Shown in pieces: positions 48,686 through 58,119 of a DNA stretch of 64,000 nucleotides. Source of the stretch: Candidatus Heimdallarchaeum endolithica (lineage in GTDB: Archaea; Asgardarchaeota; Heimdallarchaeia; Heimdallarchaeales; Heimdallarchaeaceae). The stretch covers positions 2,560,001 to 2,624,000 of the forward strand of contig CP084167.1 of the NCBI GenBank assembly GCA_021513715.1, read 5' to 3'. The stretch's first letter is position 1; every line of letters starts with the position of its first letter. The position numbers were made by a program, and so were the translations under genes. Under the pieces are notes generated by a model. That model had not been told where the DNA came from and searched no databases. It was given only the letters and a program-made list of their open reading frames with translations.

Positions 48686-48943
48686 TTACCTTAAATCAAA
48701 ATCATCTGAAGTTAGATTCTTCAGAAAAGCCATCATTTCTTCTTGCATATCTTGACTTTGTTTCATGCTCATTGTTTGTGCATAAAACATAGTAAACAAT
48801 TCTCCTAGTAAGCATTGTGTGCATAGTTCTGTAGTAAGTTCCTCATTTGGAAATCTACAAGGAAAATCAAGTTTTTTTACGTTACCATTTGGGTCTCTCG
48901 CATTAATACTTGGCTTCCATTTACATTTTCTCGTTGACTGCAT
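48686..48943 (-). CDS. Small hypothetical protein with four Cys
   Basis: 85 aa; GGTGA SD upstream of the ATG; C..., FPCRFP, CTQC, then a Met/Gln-rich helix; fills the gap between flanking genes. Confidence 0.7.
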   Translation of the reverse strand: MQSTRKCKWKPSINARDPNGNVKKLDFPCRFPNEELTTELCTQCLLGELFTMFYAQTMSMKQSQDMQEEMMAFLKNLTSDDFDLR

Positions 48944-49107
48944 TTTAATTCACCAAAAAGAAAAAACTCTCTGATTTCCTTTTTCTTATTGGATTAAAAG
49001 CTTTATTGTAAAACTCTTTCAGTTTTAAATTTAAATGGTATTATTTTTTATAAATCCTCTTAAGATCAAAGTGACATGTTTAAAAAGAAAAAACTTTTTT
49101 TTCGTTT

Positions 49108-51654
49108 GTGAAATGTCCCGATTGTAGTAAAGCCTTAACAATTGAAGAAAAAAGTCACACATTTACTTTTCGTTGTCAATTTTGTGGATACTACTCAAAA
49201 ATAGTAGGAGCTAAGAATGCTGAAGAAGCTTATGAGAAAGCTGTGGAAAAGGCTATAGTCCAAAATAATACAATCCAAATATCAAAAAAGGAATCAGAAC
49301 AACTGGTTAAAAGATTAACCCTTCAAGAGAAAATTAATTTGATTAAAAAAGGGAATGGTGATCCTTCTAATCTCCCAAATCCCTTAGTTAAATTGTTAAG
49401 ACATCCTGACTTAGAACCAGTTTACTATTTATTCTTGGAGCAGAAGTCTCCAGCTTTAGCTAAAGATTCCCTTTTTCTTCCATCTGAATTAAGTTCCTTT
49501 CTTAAGAAAAAGGGTTTTGTTCAATTATATGAATTTCAAAAACAATCGTTCAAAAAGATAATAGAAGGAAAAAATGTCGTTATTGTAGCCCCAACTGGAA
49601 CAGGTAAAACAGAGGCTTTTCTTTTTGCTATATTAACAGAAATTTGGAAATCTCATCCTCATCCCCTATTACGAACTGGTCCTTATGCAATCTTTATTTA
49701 TCCAAATAAAGCATTAGCTAGAGATCAACAAAAGAAGATAAGTGAATATAGTTCAAAGTTGGGAATAACTTGTGAAATTTTTGATGGAGATACTTCACAA
49801 TCCAAAAGAAAAAAGATTTTGGAAAATCCCCCTGATATTTTAATAACAAATCCTGATATGCTACACTATCATATGCAAAAACCAAGTTTTAGAAGTCTAC
49901 TTTATCCTGTAAGGTTTGTTGTTATAGATGAAGTTCATGTAGCCGTAGGCGCATTTGGAACAAATCTTTATTTTATAATTAGGCGATTAAGTCGATTGAC
50001 AAAAAACAAATTACAGTTTATTGCAGTTTCTGCCACAATTGGTAATGCTGTTGAGTTTACTTCTAAATTATTTAACAGCTCTTCTATGGATATAGTAGAA
50101 GTAACTGATGCACGAAAAGCACCTACACATCTTATGATCGTTTATCCATATGGAACAAGCCAGTATACACTTACAGGAGACATTACTCGATTGCTTGTTT
50201 CATCAGGTAGAAAAATTTTAGTTTTCCAGAATAGTCATAAAAATGCAGAAATTATTAATCTCCTTCTCAGCCAAAGAATGAAAATTGACAGTGCAGTGCA
50301 TAGAGCTGGTCTCACAAAGAAGTATAGAGCACAGGTAGAAAAAAGATTTAGAGATAATGAACTAGATGTGTTAGTTTCAACACCTACTTTAGAATTAGGT
50401 ATAGATATTGGCAGTGTAGATTCTGTTGTATCTTCAATTGTTGACTTTACAAGGTTTACTCAACGACTAGGTAGGGCAGGAAGAAAAGGCCAGGAATCAA
50501 TAGGTGTTCTTATTCTTCGAGACAATGACCCAATCTCTACCTATTATGCTTTTTACCCTGAAGACTATTTTGAAGATATAAGAAAAGGATTTATTGAACC
50601 AAAAAATGAACTCATTGCCTATTACCAAATATTATCTGCTGTGGTGGATAAACCAGTAAAAGAAGGAGAATTTCAAGAGTTTAAACACATTATTTTGAAT
50701 CTTGTAAATGATGGTTTAGTTAAATTAGCACCAAAAGGAGAATTTCAAATAGCTGATTATTCAAAGGCTAGAAAAGTTTTGTCAGCATTTAATTTAAGAG
50801 GAATCGGTGATACTATCATAATTGAAGATATCAACGGCAAAGAACTAGGTAGTCGTTCAATGCCAATGGCTGCAAGAGAGTTACATCCAGGGGCAATATA
50901 TCTACTAGGCGGAAAATATTATCGTTCTCTGTCCTTTCAGTATGATCCGAGGTTAAGTCGTGGAAAAGTTAAAGTTCAAAATATTCCTCCACTTAATAAA
51001 AAAACTACTGCTTTACGTTTTGCAATGCCTGAAATTATTAAAATTCATGAATTAAAGAAAATTACTGGAACAGAAGCAATTTACTGTGATCTACGAATAA
51101 CAGAAAATGTAATTGGTTATTCACTTTCTGATATCTTTACTGATGAGAATGTTGAAAACATTCCCTTAAAAGAACCTATTCAGTATTCTTTTGTAACTAA
51201 AGGATTTATGTTTGTGATGCCTAAACCTCAGGAAATCTTTAGAAAATACCCTGATAAGCATGAAGATGAACTAGTCACTGGCACATTTCATGCAATTGAA
51301 CACGTTTTAATCGAATCAAGCGAAATGATAACTGGTGGAGGGAGTAATGAAATAGGAGGTATTTCGATGGGCAATTCTGGGGCAATTTTTGTGTATGATG
51401 GAGCTAAAGGAGGTTCAGGACTTTCAAAACTACTTTTCGACCGCTTAGATGAAGCGCTAAATCGGTCATTAAATATTCTTAAGAAATGTACATGTAAAAC
51501 GATAGATGGTTGTCCCCGCTGTACTTACAGCTATCAATGTGGAAATAATAACTTTCCATTGAATAAGTATGGTGCAATTGAATCTCTGAGTCTTGTTAGG
51601 AGATCCAAACTTAAAATCATTGAAGATGTGAGCGGCTATAGCCCTTTGATTTAG
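49108..51654 (+). CDS. DEAD/DEAH-box helicase with C-terminal DUF1998 (Hrq1/MrfA/SftH-like)
   Basis: APTGTGKT, YPNKALARDQ, TNPDMLH, DEVH, SAT, TLELGIDIG, QRLGRAGR, C-x-C...GCPRC...C; N-terminal CPDC/CQFC ribbon. Confidence 0.92.
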   Translation: MKCPDCSKALTIEEKSHTFTFRCQFCGYYSKIVGAKNAEEAYEKAVEKAIVQNNTIQISKKESEQLVKRLTLQEKINLIKKGNGDPSNLPNPLVKLLRHPDLEPVYYLFLEQKSPALAKDSLFLPSELSSFLKKKGFVQLYEFQKQSFKKIIEGKNVVIVAPTGTGKTEAFLFAILTEIWKSHPHPLLRTGPYAIFIYPNKALARDQQKKISEYSSKLGITCEIFDGDTSQSKRKKILENPPDILITNPDMLHYHMQKPSFRSLLYPVRFVVIDEVHVAVGAFGTNLYFIIRRLSRLTKNKLQFIAVSATIGNAVEFTSKLFNSSSMDIVEVTDARKAPTHLMIVYPYGTSQYTLTGDITRLLVSSGRKILVFQNSHKNAEIINLLLSQRMKIDSAVHRAGLTKKYRAQVEKRFRDNELDVLVSTPTLELGIDIGSVDSVVSSIVDFTRFTQRLGRAGRKGQESIGVLILRDNDPISTYYAFYPEDYFEDIRKGFIEPKNELIAYYQILSAVVDKPVKEGEFQEFKHIILNLVNDGLVKLAPKGEFQIADYSKARKVLSAFNLRGIGDTIIIEDINGKELGSRSMPMAARELHPGAIYLLGGKYYRSLSFQYDPRLSRGKVKVQNIPPLNKKTTALRFAMPEIIKIHELKKITGTEAIYCDLRITENVIGYSLSDIFTDENVENIPLKEPIQYSFVTKGFMFVMPKPQEIFRKYPDKHEDELVTGTFHAIEHVLIESSEMITGGGSNEIGGISMGNSGAIFVYDGAKGGSGLSKLLFDRLDEALNRSLNILKKCTCKTIDGCPRCTYSYQCGNNNFPLNKYGAIESLSLVRRSKLKIIEDVSGYSPLI

Positions 51655-51728
51655 TTGTAATACCCTAGTAATGTTCACATCATGTGTCCGTGTTATATCA
51701 TTTTTTTAGGTAAACTAAGAATTGGTTT

Positions 51729-52148
51729 TTGATCAACATGCTATCATCATCAAATCTTAACGTGAAAGAGATGCTAAATATTGCTCTCGACTGTATCTTC
51801 CCAACAAGTGAAGCTATTGAACCTGAAATATTAAAAGAAATCACAAAGTTCCTAGAACAACAAGAACCCCAAGCTCCAACAGAGGATGCTGAAATTGTTA
51901 GAGGAGAAATAAGAAAAGCTTTAATACACTTTAAAAATCGTCCTTATTTATATAATTCAAGAAAAAAGATTGAGAGCCTCTTACTTAAAAATGAAAATTG
52001 GAGAAAGTTCATTATTGCCCCTCACTCATTTAAGGATGAACTAATTGAAGCAGGATTATCATCAAAAGAGATAGCGTTGTTGAGATCGTCCCTTGAGAAT
52101 GCAGAAAACACACTAAATCTCCTAAAACACATTCCTCAACCCTACTAA
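51729..52148 (+). CDS. Hypothetical helical protein
   Basis: 139 aa ORF filling the intergenic gap; no recognisable motif. Confidence 0.6.
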   Translation: MINMLSSSNLNVKEMLNIALDCIFPTSEAIEPEILKEITKFLEQQEPQAPTEDAEIVRGEIRKALIHFKNRPYLYNSRKKIESLLLKNENWRKFIIAPHSFKDELIEAGLSSKEIALLRSSLENAENTLNLLKHIPQPY

Positions 52149-52270
52149 TCCTTTGCATTCTCTTTTTTATTCTCTATTCTTTTTATAGAGAATTCTAACC
52201 TCTATTTTGTTATTCTATTCTTTCGAAAAAAAAAGATAATGTTTTAAATATTGATTTTTTTTTAATTATA

Positions 52271-53785
52271 ATGGCTAATTTAAGAAAAAAATACACCACG
52301 GCATTAGACAAACAAAGATTGTTAGAAATTGCTGTTATAAGCATTATAATGTTAGTTCTCTTTGTTTTTTCACTTTATATTAAAAATGCGTTTCATTCTT
52401 GGTTTTATGACCAAGAAGGTATTAGTTTTTATTGGTATTATGACCCCTCTAATCCCGAAGCTGTATGGTACATAGAAGGTTATGTCGATGCTTCATATTA
52501 CTATCAACCTTATTTATACGCTTTCAGGTATCAAAATTGGAATCCTTACCTTGGAGGTGAAGGACCATTGAATGGGTATGCTTATGGACCTCTCTTTATT
52601 TATGGACTTTATTTTATTTCCCTTTTTGTGTCTATTATTAATCCATCTCTGTCAAATTTTCAAGTAGTAATTGAATCAGTAAAATGGACACATATTGTTT
52701 TTGATTCATTATCAGTTGTCATGCTTTTTGTAATCATAATTAATTTAGATGTATTAAAGCCAAAGAAATACTCTAAGTACTTTACTGGCGTGATAACTTC
52801 CATTGTTTATATATTCATGCCTTTTAATCTGATGTATATTGATGCTTTAAATTTAAATATTCCTCAAATGACTTTCTTTGTTCTTCTTGGAATGTTTTTA
52901 TTTAGAAAAGAAAAATATGTTTTATCTTCATTTGTTATGACTCTGGGATGGTTATCAAAGCAAATGCCGCTTTTTCTTGTTATTCCTTGGTTTATCATAC
53001 TCTGGAAAAAAAATGAGGATTTGAAAAAAGCAATTGTAGATTTCTTTCTTCCTTTTCTTATTTTTACATTAATGTTTTCCATTCCGTGGTTAATCCTATC
53101 ACCTTTGGGCTATCTTTTTAGGCTATTTGGGCCCGGAAAACCGTTGTCTCTTGTTTCTTTGTCTTCTAAGTATAATGGATATACTGTTAGTTTAGCTCAT
53201 AGTTTTCTAAAATTAGGGAGCGAGACCTTAGCTAACATATATCTGTTTATTAACAAATATATGATACCTTTTTTTATTTTTTATTTACTCACTTTGTTAA
53301 TTAGTTATTTCAATGCTTTAGAGATATTTAATGATGAAAAACAATTTTATATCTATAATACAATTGTTGTTCTTGTTTCTCATATATTTATTTCCAGAGG
53401 AATTTACAAGTATTACGATGCATTTTTTTCTCCATTCTTTATTATTTTTCTTGTTTCACTACTTTGGTATTATTTCGATTATTGTAGATTCAAGCAAAAG
53501 ATCTTATTTTATACATATTTCTTTATATCATTAGTATCATGTTCAATTATTCTTTATTACGTTAATTGGATAATAATTACAAAGTCTAGATTCCTTCATC
53601 CTCTCTATTTATTGTTAATCTTCATTTTTATTTCTAGCTTCTTGGAAAGTGATTTTTACTCGAGTTTAATTAAAATTGAGAATTATAAAATGATATTATG
53701 GGATGTCAAGAAGATTTATTCAGATATAAAAAATGTTTTTCAAAAACGTAAAAAAGACAAAGATCTCAAAAATAATTTGAAATGA
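52271..53785 (+). CDS. GT-C fold membrane glycosyltransferase (GT87/DUF2029/PIG-M-like)
   Basis: Polytopic; D...YY in the first external loop, YAYGPLFIY, LSKQMPLFL.P. Confidence 0.65.
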   Translation: MANLRKKYTTALDKQRLLEIAVISIIMLVLFVFSLYIKNAFHSWFYDQEGISFYWYYDPSNPEAVWYIEGYVDASYYYQPYLYAFRYQNWNPYLGGEGPLNGYAYGPLFIYGLYFISLFVSIINPSLSNFQVVIESVKWTHIVFDSLSVVMLFVIIINLDVLKPKKYSKYFTGVITSIVYIFMPFNLMYIDALNLNIPQMTFFVLLGMFLFRKEKYVLSSFVMTLGWLSKQMPLFLVIPWFIILWKKNEDLKKAIVDFFLPFLIFTLMFSIPWLILSPLGYLFRLFGPGKPLSLVSLSSKYNGYTVSLAHSFLKLGSETLANIYLFINKYMIPFFIFYLLTLLISYFNALEIFNDEKQFYIYNTIVVLVSHIFISRGIYKYYDAFFSPFFIIFLVSLLWYYFDYCRFKQKILFYTYFFISLVSCSIILYYVNWIIITKSRFLHPLYLLLIFIFISSFLESDFYSSLIKIENYKMILWDVKKIYSDIKNVFQKRKKDKDLKNNLK

Positions 53786-53981
53786 AGAAACATATTCCAA
53801 TTAATAGATTAAATGCTGAAATTTTCTTATGTCTTATATTTGTTTTTTTCGTGTCTGCTTTTTACCTTAATGAAAAACATCGACAGAACATAGAAAACCT
53901 TCTTTAATAGTTTTGTTCCACTTCAAAAAGAATTATAAAGTATAAAAATTCATTATTAGTAGTAAATAGTAAGGTATTCAA

Positions 53982-54542
53982 ATGAAGGAAACAAATAATC
54001 GTGCTGTTTCTCCTGTGATAGGAACAATGCTCATGATCAGTTTAGTAGTTGCTGCGAGTGTATTTGTAGCAATTTTTGTTAATAATATTAGCGTTCCTGC
54101 AATAGAAATAGGAGAAGAAACTCCCTCACTTCATTCAGTAAAAATAGATATTGTTTATTTTAATATCACAGATACTAATGCAAATGGATTAAACGATACG
54201 TTTGTAGTAAAATTTAATTTGGGTTTAGATTCTCCAACAATTTATGTACAAGATTTTGATATTTTAATACCAACAGGAGACTTAGTAGACAATACAATTC
54301 CGTGGGTTATTACTGATTCAAATAGTTCGTGGAATACAGATTTTTATGGCTATCCTGTTTTGAATGGTAGTTTGAATGCAACATTCACAGTACAATGCTA
54401 TGATTTATCTACTACTGCAGGAGAAATAGCTCCTGGATATTCATTCTACTACTTAATTAGATATAACTATGTTTCAGTCCAGGGAAATCAATTAACACTC
54501 ATTTCTGATGTTTATCAATCAGAGTTAATAACAACAAACTAA
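53982..54542 (+). CDS. Archaeal type IV pilin-like protein (class III signal peptide)
   Basis: NNRA|VSPVIGTMLMISLVVAAS: PibD/FlaK cleavage motif plus hydrophobic helix; six N-x-S/T sequons. Confidence 0.88.
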   Translation: MKETNNRAVSPVIGTMLMISLVVAASVFVAIFVNNISVPAIEIGEETPSLHSVKIDIVYFNITDTNANGLNDTFVVKFNLGLDSPTIYVQDFDILIPTGDLVDNTIPWVITDSNSSWNTDFYGYPVLNGSLNATFTVQCYDLSTTAGEIAPGYSFYYLIRYNYVSVQGNQLTLISDVYQSELITTN

Positions 54543-54616
54543 TGTTAAATCTAATCATAATTTCTTCTTTTTTCGTAACATTTTTTTAGATATTTGTGCT
54601 AATTACTTTGAACATA

Positions 54617-55351
54617 ATGTCTCTTGAACCAAAGCGCGCTTATAAAATAGTCTTAATTGGAGACCCAGAAGTAGGAAAAACTTCAATAAGAAGAAGATAT
54701 ATGGGAAAAACGTTTAAAGGAGAATATTTGAAAACAATAGGAGCTGATTTTGCAGCACAAAAAGTAGAAATTGAAGATGAAGTTGTTTTACTAACAATAT
54801 GGGATCTAGCAGGGCAGACTATCTTCCATGGAATGCGTTCTTCTTTTTATCAAGGATGTAAATCTGCTTTAGTTGTTTTTGATATTACAAATATTGAAAG
54901 TTTAAATAATGTAGAAAAATGGACTGAAGAAGCAGTAACATATGCAAAAAGTTCGTTACAAGAGATCTATTTAATAGGTAACAAAATAGATCTGAAGAAA
55001 GAGAGGGTAGTTACCAAAGCACAAATAGATGAAAAAGTAAAACAGTTAGAATCTTTGGTTAATTTTCCCATTAGAGTTTATGAAACATCAGCCCTTACAG
55101 GAGAAAACATTCAGTCTTTATTTATGGACCTAAGTAGAAGGTTAATTATAAGTGACAATGTAAAATTTGAAGAAGAAATTGGAACTAAACGCTTGCATGA
55201 TACTAAAAAAGAAAAGAGGAAAGAAGAAATTGGGACTGTTGATTATAAGTCTAAAGAGGACTTGAAAGAGATAATAAGCCATATAGAGCTCCACATTGAA
55301 AAAATAAATGATTTTATCACTTTACTTAAAAAAAGACTAGATAGGATGTAA
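54617..55351 (+). CDS. Rab-like small GTPase with C-terminal helical extension
   Basis: GDPEVGKTS, YLKTIGADF, WDLAGQ, GNKID, ETSAL. Track start is GTG 54596; ATG 54617 is preferred. Confidence 0.92.
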   Translation: MSLEPKRAYKIVLIGDPEVGKTSIRRRYMGKTFKGEYLKTIGADFAAQKVEIEDEVVLLTIWDLAGQTIFHGMRSSFYQGCKSALVVFDITNIESLNNVEKWTEEAVTYAKSSLQEIYLIGNKIDLKKERVVTKAQIDEKVKQLESLVNFPIRVYETSALTGENIQSLFMDLSRRLIISDNVKFEEEIGTKRLHDTKKEKRKEEIGTVDYKSKEDLKEIISHIELHIEKINDFITLLKKRLDRM

Positions 55352-55431
55352 TCGGTAATCATTTTTTAAGAAATGATACAAACTTTTCTTTTTTTTCACT
55401 TTTAAAAAAAAGAGAGAATTTCACGGATAAG

Positions 55432-56751
55432 TTATTGTTCATCTAGTTTCGTTAATTTGACAAATATTTTTTTGTAAAACTTTTGTACTTTTTGTAAGGA
55501 CTTGAGTTCTACATACTCATTTGCACCGTGAACATTTCCTCCTAGACCTCCAAATTCTATAGCTGGAATATTCTGGGCACTAAACCATCTTGAATCTGTA
55601 GCTCCTCCCATCTCAATTGTTTTTGCAGGTAAGTCAAGATCTTTTACTACTTCGAGAGCTTTTTGAACCAATATCGAGGTTTCTGGAGTATTAACAGGAC
55701 CAATACTACCTTCAGCTTTTATCTCTAATTCAACTTTATGTTCCTTAAAGAAATCTTCAAAATATTTTTGAACTAAATCATGCTTATTACTCATGATTCT
55801 TAAGTCTAATTGTACAAAATAATGTTCTTCTCTCTCAACAAAGTAATTAAAAGTAAGATTTATTCCATAATCACTGTAATCTGATGGAATGTTTACGTTG
55901 TCAAAGTCTTTTACAGAACGAAAGAAAGAGGTTAAATTTTCATCAATCTCAAAAGTTTCTCCGTCTGTAATTTTCTTTACATAGTTAACTGTTATTTCTG
56001 GAGGGATAACGTTATTTTTTACAAAAATACCACTAATCGATTGAACAAAGTCGTCCTTTGAAAGTTTCCTAGATGCTGCAACAGCACAGTGAATGTCTAG
56101 TTTTTTGTTAAAATATGCTGCGTGCATTGTTCTATTTCCAGCGATTTCTGTTGTAAACTTTTCTGAAAATAACTTGCCTTCAATAATTTTCTTCCTCTTT
56201 GGGATCTTTAGGTTTATTACATACGGATTTCTTCTTCTGTTGATTATTTGTAAACCATTAGCATCACCATTAATTACATAATCAGGAGTTAAACCTAGTT
56301 TTTCTAGTTGAGGAAGAAGCTCTCCTGCTCCAAAAGCTCCTCCTGACTCTTCATCTAAATTAAAAGCAAAAATCATTGTGCCTTTTTTCTCTCTTGCAAA
56401 GAAATCAGCCAGACTTAGCATTACAGCAACAGAGCCTTTCATATCTGCACTTCCTCTCGCATATCCTTTTTCGTCTATTATTGTAAAAGCAAAAGGATCA
56501 GTTTTCCAATTAGGGCCAGGAGGAACAACATCACAGTGACCTAAATATAATATTATAGGGGAACCTCTTTTTATATAAGAAATAAGTGACCAATAACCTT
56601 CTTTCTCATACATAACGGATTGATACCCATATTCTGATAGGAGATCCCTAATAAAGAGTAAAATATCCTTGTTAGGTTTAACGTTTTGTACAGGGTTATT
56701 TATTGTGTTAAAAGACACAAGTTTTTCAAGAATGGTTAAATAACTGTTCAT
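55432..56751 (-). CDS. M20 family metallopeptidase/deacylase (DapE/ArgE-like)
   Basis: GHCDVVPPG, ARGSADMKG, DEESGG, GGATDSR, HGANE. Track ORF extends to 56790. Confidence 0.9.
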   Translation of the reverse strand: MNSYLTILEKLVSFNTINNPVQNVKPNKDILLFIRDLLSEYGYQSVMYEKEGYWSLISYIKRGSPIILYLGHCDVVPPGPNWKTDPFAFTIIDEKGYARGSADMKGSVAVMLSLADFFAREKKGTMIFAFNLDEESGGAFGAGELLPQLEKLGLTPDYVINGDANGLQIINRRRNPYVINLKIPKRKKIIEGKLFSEKFTTEIAGNRTMHAAYFNKKLDIHCAVAASRKLSKDDFVQSISGIFVKNNVIPPEITVNYVKKITDGETFEIDENLTSFFRSVKDFDNVNIPSDYSDYGINLTFNYFVEREEHYFVQLDLRIMSNKHDLVQKYFEDFFKEHKVELEIKAEGSIGPVNTPETSILVQKALEVVKDLDLPAKTIEMGGATDSRWFSAQNIPAIEFGGLGGNVHGANEYVELKSLQKVQKFYKKIFVKLTKLDEQ

Positions 56752-56953
56752 AAAAAAAAGAAAAATAGCAAATTTATTAGTTTTCCTCATAAAGAGGTGT
56801 TTTAAATTTTTAAAATAGTGATTCTTTTTTCTAAAGAATTAAGTATAAAATTTGATAATATTTATTATGTATAAGTAAAAAATGAACTAGGCAATCTTTC
56901 GCACTGTTCAGCACAATATTTTTATACTACTTTTTTTATGAATGATTTGCATA

Positions 56954-56967
56954 CTACACGTGTGTAG
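56954..56967. promoter_or_regulatory. Palindromic candidate operator CTACAC-GT-GTGTAG
   Basis: Perfect 6 bp inverted repeat between a TATA-like TTTTTATA and the AGGTG SD of the downstream surface-protein gene. Confidence 0.3.
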
Positions 56968-56979
56968 GTGTTAAAAAAA

Positions 56980-58104
56980 ATGAATAAAAAAGGAATCTTT
57001 TTAATGGCTTTGTTCTTACTTTCATTCCTTAGTGTAATGCCAACTAAGGCCGTAGTGGAAGATAAGGACACTGTTACCATTACATTGGGAACAGATGTCG
57101 CTGGTTATGTTGACAAAGGTGAACTTTATGTTGAAATTGACCGCGACGTTCTTCCTGACGGAAAAATCTTCTACACTGGAGATGAAATATGGTTACACTT
57201 CTTCTATGATGTAGCCTATACAAACTTCTTCGGTGCAGCAGGTCCAAATGGAGGTTTCCAATGTGATGCCTGGTTTTATGAAGAACCAGATGAAAACGGA
57301 TTGTATAATGAAACAAGATTCAGTGGTATGCTTAACGGATATCTAGATGACTATGATTTAGGTCTAACAGATTTCGATCCTTATGAAGGTAATACAACAC
57401 AAGAAATTACTATTACCCTAGAAGAAGGATGGCACACCTTTACTATTGTAGCAGCTGAATATATTTCAGACAATACCCATACCGAATTCCACTGGGACTG
57501 GGTTAAAGATGAAGTAAGCTTTTATGTTAGCGCTGATAGTGCCTTAACAGAAGCTCCTGCTGTTGAAACATCCGGAAAGAAAGTTAAATTCGAATCTATT
57601 GCTCAAAACTCTGAAGATATGAAAAACGGATTCGAATGGACAAGTATGTGGGATGTTCGTCCAGTAGCTGAACCAGAAGCATATTCTGACCTAGAAATAT
57701 CAACAAAGAAATTAGTAACAAAAATAACTGCTTATTATAACACAACATGGCAAAAATTGAACCTAACAGACTATGTTTGGGATACAGGTTTCGTTGACAT
57801 GTACTCAATGGGTTATGGTGATGTTGCATGGTTTAATGCTGCTATAAACAACAGTTTAGTTCAAGCTACAAAAGGAACTGTACCTTTGAACCTTGGAGTA
57901 AACTACGTTGTGTTTGCAGTAGTAGGATTTCATGCATATGACTATGCCTATTACTATGGAATACCCTTCCCAACAGTACAATTCTCAAGCGTAATCTATA
58001 AGATTGACGTAGTACCAGGATTAGGACCCTCATACGGTATCCTTATAAGTGTCTCAATCTTTGGTCTAGTGGCTGCTTTAGGATTAAAGCGCTTTAGAAA
58101 ATAA
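56980..58104 (+). CDS. Secreted acidic surface protein with C-terminal membrane anchor
   Basis: Signal peptide MNKKGIFLMALFLLSFLSVMPTKA, acidic beta-rich body, C-terminal GILISVSIFGLVAALGL-KRFRK. Confidence 0.8.
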   Translation: MNKKGIFLMALFLLSFLSVMPTKAVVEDKDTVTITLGTDVAGYVDKGELYVEIDRDVLPDGKIFYTGDEIWLHFFYDVAYTNFFGAAGPNGGFQCDAWFYEEPDENGLYNETRFSGMLNGYLDDYDLGLTDFDPYEGNTTQEITITLEEGWHTFTIVAAEYISDNTHTEFHWDWVKDEVSFYVSADSALTEAPAVETSGKKVKFESIAQNSEDMKNGFEWTSMWDVRPVAEPEAYSDLEISTKKLVTKITAYYNTTWQKLNLTDYVWDTGFVDMYSMGYGDVAWFNAAINNSLVQATKGTVPLNLGVNYVVFAVVGFHAYDYAYYYGIPFPTVQFSSVIYKIDVVPGLGPSYGILISVSIFGLVAALGLKRFRK

Positions 58105-58119
58105 TAAAGGTGAAAAAAA

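Noticed and set aside
49108-51654. DUF1998 helicase as part of a DISARM/Druantia-type defence system
   Set aside because: It is a single fused Hrq1/MrfA-type protein with no defence partners adjacent.
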